Source: a virus
Taxonomy: Duplodnaviria > Heunggongvirae > Uroviricota > Caudoviricetes
Length of the DNA stretch: 8,998 nt
Reading direction: 5' to 3' (one strand)
IMG/VR virus record: IMGVR_UViG_2657244940_000009
Location: 1-8,998 of that record
A model generated the notes under the pieces. That model ran no database searches. It was not told where the DNA came from and saw nothing but the letters and a program-made list of their open reading frames with translations. Every line of letters starts with the position of its first letter. The first letter of the stretch is position 1. Position numbers and translations under genes: made by a program. This document shows positions 1 through 6,449 of this stretch, in pieces.

Positions 1-237
1 CAACGGTTCGTTCCCTTCACATAACCCGGCAGCAACATCCATGAAAAACTGCTTCGCCTGCTTTTTCGCCTCAGCTTCGTAAAACTCCAGCGTGGCACCT
101 TCAGTACGGTCAAGACTAATCGCCACATTTGCCAACAACAGTGACGGATACCCACCAATTTCCAGTGCCACAGTAACAGTAATCTTATCCGGGTAATGAT
201 TTATCCCTTTAACAACCAGTTCGTATTTTTTCTTCAT
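1..237 (-). CDS. Hypothetical protein, 5' part only (79 codons, continues off the left edge); not a recognisable endolysin
   Basis: Manual reverse-strand translation from ATG at 237..235: MKKKYELVVKGINHYPDKITVTVALEIGGYPSLLLANVAISLDRTEGATLEFYEAEAKKQAKQFFMDVAAGLCEGNEPL, no stop before position 1. Absent from the ORF track because it is open-ended. Starts 4 nt after the holin stop. Confidence 0.45.
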   Translation of the reverse strand, partial: MKKKYELVVKGINHYPDKITVTVALEIGGYPSLLLANVAISLDRTEGATLEFYEAEAKKQAKQFFMDVAAGLCEGNEPL

Positions 238-241
238 CGCT

Positions 242-457
242 TTACTCTCCCCGCGCCGCCTTACGACGGTCCTCTCTGATTTTGAAATACAGGTTAGTCA
301 GATATGTCAGCAGCCCAAACAGCAGACTTCCCAGTACGCCTATTGCCGCCCACTGAGACGGGGAAACCCTGTCCAGCAGCTGCAGGAACCAGTAGCCCGT
401 CCCCACCGCTGACGTGGTGTATGACACACCTGTTGTGATTTTTTCCATCTGGTACAT
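242..457 (-). CDS. S: Holin, S21/Stx-phage type (class II, pinholin-like), 71 aa
   Basis: Track ORF of 71 aa; sequence matches my recollection of the 933W/phage 21 holin family ([36 protein letters not shown]). Dual-start motif M1-Y-Q-M4; GGGAG Shine-Dalgarno upstream. Confidence 0.9.
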   Translation of the reverse strand: MYQMEKITTGVSYTTSAVGTGYWFLQLLDRVSPSQWAAIGVLGSLLFGLLTYLTNLYFKIREDRRKAARGE

Positions 458-532
458 ACCCCGTCTCCCGCAATCCGGAAGCTCACAACAACAAGAGGGG
501 CATCAGCTCACACCGACAGCCCCTGCGCATGG

Positions 533-802
533 TTACATCATCATTTCGCCGTCAGGCTGAGGCTCACTGCTACCATCAGGCTGAGACCCGACGCCATCTG
601 AAACAGCACTGTCATCCGCAATGCCTTCCGGCTCCGGAACAGTCGGTGCGCCCAGCAGTTCATCCAGAATGGCATCCACTTCTGCATCAAGACGCTCCTC
701 AAGGTTCTGCCGAAGTTGCTGTTTCAGTGCGCTTCTGACTTCTTCAGAGCGCAGGACTTCCTTCACTGCTTCAGCAGTGACCAGCGATTTTATTTCTGAC
801 AT
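533..802 (-). CDS. Hypothetical acidic protein, 89 aa (start taken at internal ATG; the track's 127-aa version would overlap the upstream ORF)
   Basis: Track ORF 533..916 uses a non-ATG start and overlaps ORF 840..1022. The internal ATG at 802..800 gives MSEIKSLVTAEAVKEVLRSEEV...PDGEMMM. Shine-Dalgarno is weak; no family recognised. Confidence 0.45.
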   Translation of the reverse strand: MSEIKSLVTAEAVKEVLRSEEVRSALKQQLRQNLEERLDAEVDAILDELLGAPTVPEPEGIADDSAVSDGVGSQPDGSSEPQPDGEMMM

Positions 803-839
803 GGTATTTTCTCGTTGAAAGGTGTTGTTAAGAAAGTTG

Positions 840-1022
840 CTACGGAATGAGAGGCTCTTCGGGTTTTGTTCCGGCTGACTGACTGGCACTGATTTTCTCA
901 GCGGCCCTTTTGTCAATCTGTCTGCGCCAGAAATCTCTCACGACTCTGTACCCACCAGAAAGAAGATACAGCACACAAACTGCTGTACAGAAATACAACA
1001 TAATCAGCTGTAAAAATGTCAT
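840..1022 (-). CDS. Small membrane protein, 60 aa, one N-terminal transmembrane helix and a basic C-terminal tail
   Basis: ATG at 1022..1020 preceded by GGAG at suitable spacing (GGAGATGAATAATATG on the minus strand); hydrophobic stretch LQLIMLYFCTAVCVLYLL. Confidence 0.55.
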   Translation of the reverse strand: MTFLQLIMLYFCTAVCVLYLLSGGYRVVRDFWRRQIDKRAAEKISASQSAGTKPEEPLIP

Positions 1023-1171
1023 TATTCATCTCCATTATTGACATGGTCAATGCCTGCCAGTAAAAAACTCCTGCATTTTTTGCTCAGCATATTTTTGCTA
1101 AGGATGTAGCGACTTCTGCCGCCGGTTCTGGCTCCTTGTTTTCCCTGCCACGGCGGTCTTTTTTTTCCTGC

Positions 1172-3115
1172 TTACGGGTTATTCACTTCCACTGTTATAC
1201 TTTCAATCAGCACCGTATACGTCGCCGCTTTTGTGATATCCGTTACACGTAATTTGTCTGCCGCAAAAGAACCTACCGGAGACTGCGACAGCATGAACGG
1301 TGCACCATCCTGACCATCAATCACCGGCGTCACCTGAATGCTGTTATTACCGGCAAAACGGAAGCCCAGCGTATGCCATTCGTTGTCAAATGCGCCGAAT
1401 GACCCCAGCTTCGTGTTCTGGTCAGCGTTACCCTTGTGGTACATCACGTTGAGGTCTGTGGCATCGCTCTGTACGTAAAACGACGCCAGCAGATTGTTAC
1501 CGGCATTACCTTCCAGTGTGACACCCTGAGGCAATGAAGAAACCGGCCAGTACAGCGCCAGTGCGTACTGATTAGCCGTAAGCGCGCCATCGAGTTTAAA
1601 ACGACAACTGACAAGACCACCTTTACCCAGCAGGTCCGCACCATTACCAGCATCATGCTCAAGGTACCAGGGGGCTCTTCCTGTTTCCTTGGTCAGTTTC
1701 ATTGCCTTACCCCCGCTGGCTCCGGCATCATCCACGATTTGAGCCTTGCCACCTCCAGCAGCCCAACCCTGTGGTGTCAACCGTCCTTCAGACTCAGATG
1801 CCCGGTAAGCAAATAGCGTACTCATCGTCGTGGTGTCTGCGGGTGGCGTGGACGGTTTTGATGGTGTATCAGGTGACGGCTTCTCATCCGGTGGTGTCAC
1901 GGTCTGCCCGCGCATCAATTCAGCCGTGCGCCCTGCATGGAGCATAATAGCTGAGGCCAGACGGTCTGAAATGACGCCCCTGCGTGCCCATGAGCTGAAA
2001 TGGCTGTCACGCTGTGTCGAAACAAAACTGCCCTGGGTTCGGGATGCTGCACCGTAATACCCGACAGCCACAATATCCGGGTCTTCCGCCGGAGCATTCG
2101 TTGGCGTGCTCTGTCCATTCTCATCCGTCAGGAACGGTACAAAGAAAATATTCTGTGCTTCCCTGCCCTTGTAACCGCCATATACCGCCTCATATTTATC
2201 GGCGTTAAGATTCTTCCAGTAATACGTGGTGTCACCACAAATCCACGGCACCGAGCCAGCACTTCCGCCAACACACTGTGCAGAATATGCAGCCATATCA
2301 GCCCTGAACTGCTGCACCATAGTGGTAAACAGGCCGCTGTGCTGCTGACTGCCGTCCGCAAGATCATTTTCCCCCTGCATCCATACCACGGCCAGAAGCC
2401 TGTTTTTCGGGTTCTTCGACAGCGCCGCTTTTGTACGGAAGAGAAAATCCTGATACAGCGGTTTACCCACTCCCCAGCGGGCTGAATTTGCCGATGCGCC
2501 AGACGTTTCGCTGAACGTGCCGTCATTACCCACGGTTAAACCAGACCCGCCACGGCAACAGGGCACCAGAAGAATCCCGGCATTCTGCGGGATATAAGGC
2601 AGCAGTTTTTTGGCAATATGCAGCCCCTGACCGACAGTCCCGTACTGGCCCTTACTCAGGTCTGCATGAGGATGGTTAAGTGCGCTCATGTCCTGAACAT
2701 CATGCAGACAGTGGTCTGCCGGAATAACGTCATTGTATGCACAGATATCACCACCCGGCGTCACAGTGCTGCGACGGGCCAGCTGCTTAATACGGGAGTC
2801 AGGGCGATCATAGGTCTCCGGCAGAGGAAGCCCCTCACCATAGGCCATACCGTTCGACTGCCCGGCCAGGGGAATAACGTAGTAATACTCCGGTTCAGTG
2901 GTAGCCACTCCCGGAGAGCCACCAGCCCCTGTGTCGGGCACAACCACAGGCGTGGTCACATCACCCTCTGCGGCAATGGCCTGCATCAGTGTATAAGGCG
3001 TGATAGCCACAGGACTGCCAAACGGCTGCCAGCCTTCCTTCAGTTTTTGTGTCAGTCGCTCCGCAAGGTCTGACGGCGACGCCGCCCTGACCACGTCATA
3101 GTGTTTAAATGCCAT
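1172..3115 (-). CDS. nanS-p: Prophage sialate O-acetylesterase NanS-p (N-terminal DUF1737-like region plus SASA/SGNH esterase), 647 aa
   Basis: Track ORF 1172..3145 starts at TTG; the ATG at 3115..3113 has a strong Shine-Dalgarno (GGGGAGGAATA-ATG) and gives MAFKHYDVVRAASPSDLAERL, the N-terminus I recall for Stx-phage NanS-p. GQSN motif (IPLAGQSNGMAYGEG) is the SASA esterase block. Position (downstream of Q/tRNAs, upstream of holin) matches Stx prophages. Confidence 0.85.
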   Translation of the reverse strand: MAFKHYDVVRAASPSDLAERLTQKLKEGWQPFGSPVAITPYTLMQAIAAEGDVTTPVVVPDTGAGGSPGVATTEPEYYYVIPLAGQSNGMAYGEGLPLPETYDRPDSRIKQLARRSTVTPGGDICAYNDVIPADHCLHDVQDMSALNHPHADLSKGQYGTVGQGLHIAKKLLPYIPQNAGILLVPCCRGGSGLTVGNDGTFSETSGASANSARWGVGKPLYQDFLFRTKAALSKNPKNRLLAVVWMQGENDLADGSQQHSGLFTTMVQQFRADMAAYSAQCVGGSAGSVPWICGDTTYYWKNLNADKYEAVYGGYKGREAQNIFFVPFLTDENGQSTPTNAPAEDPDIVAVGYYGAASRTQGSFVSTQRDSHFSSWARRGVISDRLASAIMLHAGRTAELMRGQTVTPPDEKPSPDTPSKPSTPPADTTTMSTLFAYRASESEGRLTPQGWAAGGGKAQIVDDAGASGGKAMKLTKETGRAPWYLEHDAGNGADLLGKGGLVSCRFKLDGALTANQYALALYWPVSSLPQGVTLEGNAGNNLLASFYVQSDATDLNVMYHKGNADQNTKLGSFGAFDNEWHTLGFRFAGNNSIQVTPVIDGQDGAPFMLSQSPVGSFAADKLRVTDITKAATYTVLIESITVEVNNP

Positions 3116-3203
3116 TATTCCTCCCCTTTCCGGGATTTTCCTCAACAGTTGCGGGCCACGGTCCGGCTACACGGAGAATCAAAAGAGGAGAACCGCAGCC
3201 CGC

Positions 3204-3234
3204 AAAACGAAAAAGGCCGCGCAGTTGCGCAGCC
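3204..3234 (-). terminator. Candidate intrinsic terminator or attenuator in the nanS-p leader
   Basis: Minus-strand stem GGCTGCGC / GCGCGGCC (8 bp, one G-U), loop AACT, followed by TTTTTCGTTTT. Confidence 0.45.
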
Positions 3235-3298
3235 TTATCACAGATGGTAAAAATCAGAACACGATAATAAAAATACCTGATGTATATTCATGCGACCC

Positions 3299-3326
3299 GC
3301 CCGCCACTCACTGCGGGCTTTTTTTT
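3299..3326 (+). terminator. Plus-strand intrinsic terminator-like hairpin (opposite to flanking genes)
   Basis: gcccgc (3299-3304) / gcgggc (3313-3318), 8-nt loop, then T8 (3319-3326). Confidence 0.45.
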
Positions 3327-3334
3327 GCCCATAG

Positions 3335-3361
3335 AAAAGCCCCTCCGGAGAGGGGCTTTTT
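3335..3361. terminator. Bidirectional intrinsic terminator
   Basis: Perfect 7-bp stem gcccctc / gaggggc with 4-nt loop, flanked by AAAA on one side and TTTTT on the other, so a T-run follows the stem on either strand. Confidence 0.6.
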
Positions 3362-3601
3362 ACAGTGGTAGTGTAGACAATTTTGCATGGTGCCGGGTGC
3401 CTCCCGGTGAGTTCAGTATCAGCACCTGAACCCGCACAGAAAGGATAAGGGTCGGTGACAAAACACCAGTTGCTGATTGCCCCTCCGCTTAGGGGGATTC
3501 ACCATGCCAGTTTCTTTTAACAAACTCCCCGCAAACCAGACAACAGTCAACCGCCTGAATTGTGAGGTATTTAAAAATTTCAACGGGTAACTGATACCCT
3601 G

Positions 3602-3763
3602 CTAATCGCCTGATGCTTTCTTTTTCAGCAACGGGAAAGCAACAACCACCACACCCGCCACCAGCACACCGTCAGCCAGCACTGACATTATCCGGCTGCT
3701 GAAGTCCACCATCACCACCATCACCACCAGAAACAGCAGGAGCGCAACCACAGCCAGACGCAT
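3602..3763 (-). CDS. Small hydrophobic protein, 53 aa, two predicted membrane helices; start 8 nt after the TerB-like stop
   Basis: Manual translation: MRLAVVALLLFLVVMVVMVDFSSRIMSVLADGVLVAGVVVVAFPLLKKKASGD. Below the ORF-track size cut-off. Weak Shine-Dalgarno and a repetitive GTG/CAC-rich sequence, so a chance ORF is possible. Confidence 0.3.
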   Translation of the reverse strand: MRLAVVALLLFLVVMVVMVDFSSRIMSVLADGVLVAGVVVVAFPLLKKKASGD

Positions 3764-3771
3764 TTTTACCG

Positions 3772-4203
3772 TCACAGATGATTCTCCAGACGAAGGCCCA
3801 GAACACCGGCAATCTCTTCCAGCACCTTGCGCTCTTCCGGCTCTATTTCGCCGTCTGCTTCGGCAATGGCCACCGCCACATCCAGCACGTCTTCCGCTTC
3901 ACGCGTATCGTGTTTCACATCCTCGATCTCACGTAACGCCGCTCGACGACCAATTTTAAAGTTCGTATCCAGCTGACCGATAATGGTTGCGCTAATCGCA
4001 TTAATTTCTGACGTAAACGCGGACAACGCAGGCTGGTTACGCAAGACCTGCTCGATCTTCGCTTTCTCTGAAGCCTCACATTCACCATCTGCATAGGCCA
4101 CCAGATAGGCAGCATTAATAACCGCCTGTGCCAGATCACGTTTCTCAAACTTTTTAATTTCCACTGCCGCTCGGCGGGCTTTTTTACCAAAAATACCAAA
4201 CAT
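3772..4203 (-). CDS. TerB-like (tellurite-resistance TerB family) domain protein, 143 aa
   Basis: Track ORF 3772..4275 starts at a non-ATG codon; ATG at 4203..4201 has AAGGAA 7-8 nt upstream and gives MFGIFGKKARRAAVEIKKF. Two TerB-like segments (AAYLVAYADGECEASEKAKIEQVL and VAVAIAEADGEIEPEERKVLEEIAGVLGL) resemble the helix-aDG-helix repeats of TerB as I recall them. Confidence 0.65.
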   Translation of the reverse strand: MFGIFGKKARRAAVEIKKFEKRDLAQAVINAAYLVAYADGECEASEKAKIEQVLRNQPALSAFTSEINAISATIIGQLDTNFKIGRRAALREIEDVKHDTREAEDVLDVAVAIAEADGEIEPEERKVLEEIAGVLGLRLENHL

Positions 4204-4335
4204 CGTGACGTTCCTTTGGGTGGGTGAGCCAACGCCCGGGAGCGATCTGCCCACAGAGAAAGTCACACTGACCACTCCGTAAGCTCACCCCCGAAAGGCT
4301 CTGTGGTTGATATGCGCCGGGCGTGGCGCAGATAC

Positions 4336-4358
4336 AAAAAAAGCCCGCCGAAGCGAGC
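4336..4358 (-). terminator. Intrinsic terminator after the tRNA cluster
   Basis: Minus-strand GCTCGC-TTCG-GCGGGC (one G-U) followed by TTTTTTT. Confidence 0.6.
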
Positions 4359-4371
4359 CTGATAATAAATC

Positions 4372-4446
4372 TGGAGCGGGTAGCGGGAATCGAACCCGCA
4401 TCATCAGCCTGGAAGGCTGAGGTAATAGCCATTATACGGTACCCGC
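4372..4446 (-). tRNA. tRNA-Gly (anticodon TCC), phage-borne, glyT-like
   Basis: Hand-folded: perfect 7-bp acceptor GCGGGTA/TACCCGC, anticodon stem TCAGC/GCTGA, loop CTTCCAG, T-arm GCGGG-TTCGATT-CCCGC, discriminator U, encoded CCA. Position 8 is C rather than the usual U. Confidence 0.75.
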
Positions 4447-4449
4447 ATA

Positions 4450-4525
4450 TGGTGCCGGCTACCGGAATCGAACTGGCGACCTGATGATTACAAGTCAGTT
4501 GCTCTACCATTGGAGCTAAACCAGC
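4450..4525 (-). tRNA. tRNA-Thr-like (anticodon TGT) with degenerate anticodon and T stems; possibly a pseudo-tRNA
   Basis: Acceptor GCTGGTT/AGCCGGC pairs with two G-U; canonical D-arm GCTC-CAATGGTA-GAGC; anticodon stem only 3 bp with loop CTTGTAA; T-stem has one mismatch; discriminator A; encoded CCA. Confidence 0.5.
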
Positions 4526-4530
4526 ATGTT

Positions 4531-4605
4531 TGGCGGGACAGCGTGGACTCGAACCACGATAAGAAGGTTAACAGCCTTCCGTAATGACCTTTATACGACT
4601 GACCC
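4531..4605 (-). tRNA. tRNA-Asn (anticodon GTT), phage-borne
   Basis: Perfect anticodon stem GAAGG/CCTTC with loop CTGTTAA; perfect T-arm CGTGG-TTCGAGT-CCACG; acceptor GGGTCAG/CTGTCCC with one mismatch; discriminator G; encoded CCA. Confidence 0.7.
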
Positions 4606-4609
4606 AAAT

Positions 4610-4651
4610 AAAAAAAGCCACCGTTGCAACTTAAGAGTCACTAACGGCAGC
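4610..4651 (-). terminator. tR'-like terminator between Q and the tRNA genes
   Basis: Minus-strand 9-bp stem GCUGCCGUU / AACGGUGGC (two G-U) with a 17-nt loop, followed by TTTTTTTATTT that abuts the 5' end of tRNA-Asn. Confidence 0.45.
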
Positions 4652-4696
4652 ATATGCCAATAGTGTTGCTCATTTGCTCAATGATGTCAACACGTC
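4652..4696 (-). promoter_or_regulatory. Candidate pR'-like late promoter / Q-utilisation region
   Basis: Consensus -35 hexamer TTGACA on the minus strand at 4690..4685, just after the Q stop; I could not identify a convincing -10, so this is positional inference from lambdoid architecture. Confidence 0.25.
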
Positions 4697-5185
4697 CTAT
4701 GCTACATGTTTAATTTTCTCTACACGTTTCCGGTTTTTAAACGCACTATCCAGAACCGGGTAAATCATAAACAACGAGGCATTAAGGATTTCGTCAACTT
4801 CCCGTCGACAGGTTGCGAGCGATGGTTTTTGAATGCGCCCGCCGCCCCGGCATAACATCTTGCGAGGTCTTGCGACGCAATGATAGTAAGATGCAATGGC
4901 GTGCCTGGAAGAACCATGAGCGTAGTAGCTGAGGAGGATGCCGAAGGCTTTCTTGTCAATGTACATGACGGAATCGACGACCTGAGAAATCAACATTCCA
5001 TCATCATCATTACACATTGGCCTTGTCATAACTCTTCCCGGCTCTACGCTCTCCATGAACTTCGCTATTACGCTGCTCATGCGCTTTTCCAGACGACCTG
5101 AATAAACCCATGCGCCCCACAGTTCAAGCCAGCCATTCAGCCACTCGTGCTGTTCTTTGGTGAGGTTTAGTTCTCTTATGCCCAC
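4697..5185 (-). CDS. Q: Late antiterminator Q (phage antitermination Q family), 162 aa; start codon uncertain
   Basis: WGAW motif and Cys/His cluster ([14 protein letters not shown]) as in Q proteins of 933W-type phages as I recall them; immediately downstream of ninI with a 10-nt overlap; track start is GTG with GGAG/AAGG upstream. Confidence 0.8.
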   Translation of the reverse strand: MGIRELNLTKEQHEWLNGWLELWGAWVYSGRLEKRMSSVIAKFMESVEPGRVMTRPMCNDDDGMLISQVVDSVMYIDKKAFGILLSYYAHGSSRHAIASYYHCVARPRKMLCRGGGRIQKPSLATCRREVDEILNASLFMIYPVLDSAFKNRKRVEKIKHVA

Positions 5186-5847
5186 GCGCCTTCTCCCTGT
5201 ACCTGAATCAATGTGAGGTTTCCGCAGAACACTGCGCCGGTATCGATATACATCTGGTTGGCAAACTTGAGTGGTTTCACTGCTGGCGTATGACCAAAGA
5301 TGAACGTGTCCGCGCCTTTAATTTCTTTCACGATCCCGTCTTGTGAGTTGCCGATTCGTTCGCGGTTCCAGATTACCTGCTGAGGATCAACTGGCTTTCC
5401 AAATTCGTATTCGTTACAAGGATAATCGGCGTGGCAAATGACATATTTTTTATCTTTGCTCACCAGTTCGATGATTAACGGAAGTTCTTCTGCTTTATGG
5501 GCAAGAGCTTTAGCCAGAATCTCTTTGTCGTAATCGAGATTGAAGAACCAGCCACCGCCATTAAGCAGCCAGTGATTAACGTTTCCACGCTCTGATAAGC
5601 CATCAATCATCATTTGCTCATGGTTTCCACGTACAGCTCTGAACCAGGGGAATGTGATTAATTCCAGACATTCGACGTTCTCTGTACCGCGATCAACCAA
5701 ATCGCCAACCGAGATGAGCAGGTCTTTTTTGTTGTCGAATCCAATCGTATCCAGTTTGTTCATCAGGTTCGTGTAGCATCCGTGCAGGTCGCCAGCTACC
5801 CAAATATTTCGGTATTTGCTGCCATCAATTCTTTCGTAGATATTCAT
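5176..5847 (-). CDS. ninI: NinI Ser/Thr protein phosphatase (lambda PPase homologue), 223 aa
   Basis: Near-identity over most of the length to lambda phosphatase as I recall it; metallophosphoesterase motifs GDLHG, GDLVDRG, GNHE; ATGA overlap with the ninG stop. Confidence 0.95.
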   Translation of the reverse strand: MNIYERIDGSKYRNIWVAGDLHGCYTNLMNKLDTIGFDNKKDLLISVGDLVDRGTENVECLELITFPWFRAVRGNHEQMMIDGLSERGNVNHWLLNGGGWFFNLDYDKEILAKALAHKAEELPLIIELVSKDKKYVICHADYPCNEYEFGKPVDPQQVIWNRERIGNSQDGIVKEIKGADTFIFGHTPAVKPLKFANQMYIDTGAVFCGNLTLIQVQGEGAWA

Positions 5848-6449
5848 GCAGCCTCACTTCTGCTATTTCGCAGTTTTTTAAGTTTCTGTTGGTACTCTTC
5901 CTTGATCGCCTTGCACTCTTCGACAGTCCAGCGATGGCGGTTATGGTTTGATTCGATTTCATCTACTGCTTCCTGCCCGATGCGGCTAATCAGTTCGACG
6001 CGATACGGAACGAGATTTCCGCTTTTGTGCTGGTTGCACACCACGCATTGCTTGTGAATATTGCGTTCATCAAATCGGAGTTGAGGTGCCGCAGCAGTTG
6101 TCCGGTAATGTCCGGCATCCCACTGAGCAGACGTGAGCGTTCCGCACGAGATACATGGTAAGTCGCGGTCTCTTTCTCTGATGAAGGCGTTTACGGCTTG
6201 TTGGGCTTGTTTAATCCAGTAACTGCGGGGCTTTAAGGCGAGTTTTCGAATCTTCAGTTTATCTTTCTGTTTCTGCTCCTCTCGTCGTCGTTTCTTCTCT
6301 GCTGCTTTTTCCGCTTTTTCGCGTTCTTTACTTCGTCGTTCGAGTGCTAATTGAGTTCCGTGTTCCGGGCAGCACCACCACTGATTTGAGAATGCCGGGT
6401 GAAACCATTCTTTGCATATTTTGCATTTCCTTCGCGCTGGTTTAGCCAT
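5844..6449 (-). CDS. ninG: NinG (Rap) protein, 201 aa
   Basis: Strong match to lambda NinG as I recall it ([65 protein letters not shown]); Cys-rich motifs; TAATG overlap with the upstream gene. Confidence 0.95.
   Translation of the reverse strand: MAKPARRKCKICKEWFHPAFSNQWWCCPEHGTQLALERRSKEREKAEKAAEKKRRREEQKQKDKLKIRKLALKPRSYWIKQAQQAVNAFIRERDRDLPCISCGTLTSAQWDAGHYRTTAAAPQLRFDERNIHKQCVVCNQHKSGNLVPYRVELISRIGQEAVDEIESNHNRHRWTVEECKAIKEEYQQKLKKLRNSRSEAA

Noticed and set aside
529-818. Plus-strand ORFs 529..738 and 621..818
   Set aside because: Antisense to the acidic-protein gene, with no translation signals.
1444-3073. Internal ORFs on either strand inside nanS-p (1444..1662, 1702..1947, 1830..2057, 1915..2124, 2000..2485, 2014..2208, 2128..2526, 2618..3073, 2761..2943)
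   Set aside because: Nested within or antisense to a well-supported 647-aa gene; typical chance ORFs of GC-rich antisense sequence.
1172-3145. Track's 657-aa version of nanS-p starting MRKIPERGGIM
   Set aside because: Its first codon is TTG without a ribosome-binding site; the ATG 30 nt downstream has a strong GGGGAGGA Shine-Dalgarno and gives the MAFKHYD N-terminus, so 3115 is the preferred start.
3505-3588. 27-codon plus-strand ORF (MPVSFNKLPANQ...) with a GGGGGA motif upstream
   Set aside because: Very short, embedded in a hairpin-rich leader; cannot be separated from chance without conservation or ribosome-profiling data.
3772-4275. Track's 167-aa version of the TerB-like ORF
   Set aside because: The N-terminal extension starts at a non-ATG codon with no Shine-Dalgarno; the internal ATG at 4203 has AAGGAA at ideal spacing.
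4204-4371. Shiga toxin genes (stxA/stxB) at the canonical position after the phage tRNAs
   Set aside because: Looked for and not found: the slot holds a 143-aa TerB-like ORF and a 53-aa ORF, with no 319-aa A subunit or 89-aa B subunit reading frames.
4184-4510. 108-aa minus-strand ORF (and 105-aa ORF at 3915..4232)
   Set aside because: They run through the tRNA genes and terminator or lie out of frame inside the TerB-like gene; not protein-like.
4765-6057. ORFs 4765..4959 (-), 4880..5101 (+), 5782..6057 (+)
   Set aside because: Nested within or antisense to Q, ninI and ninG, which are confidently identified.
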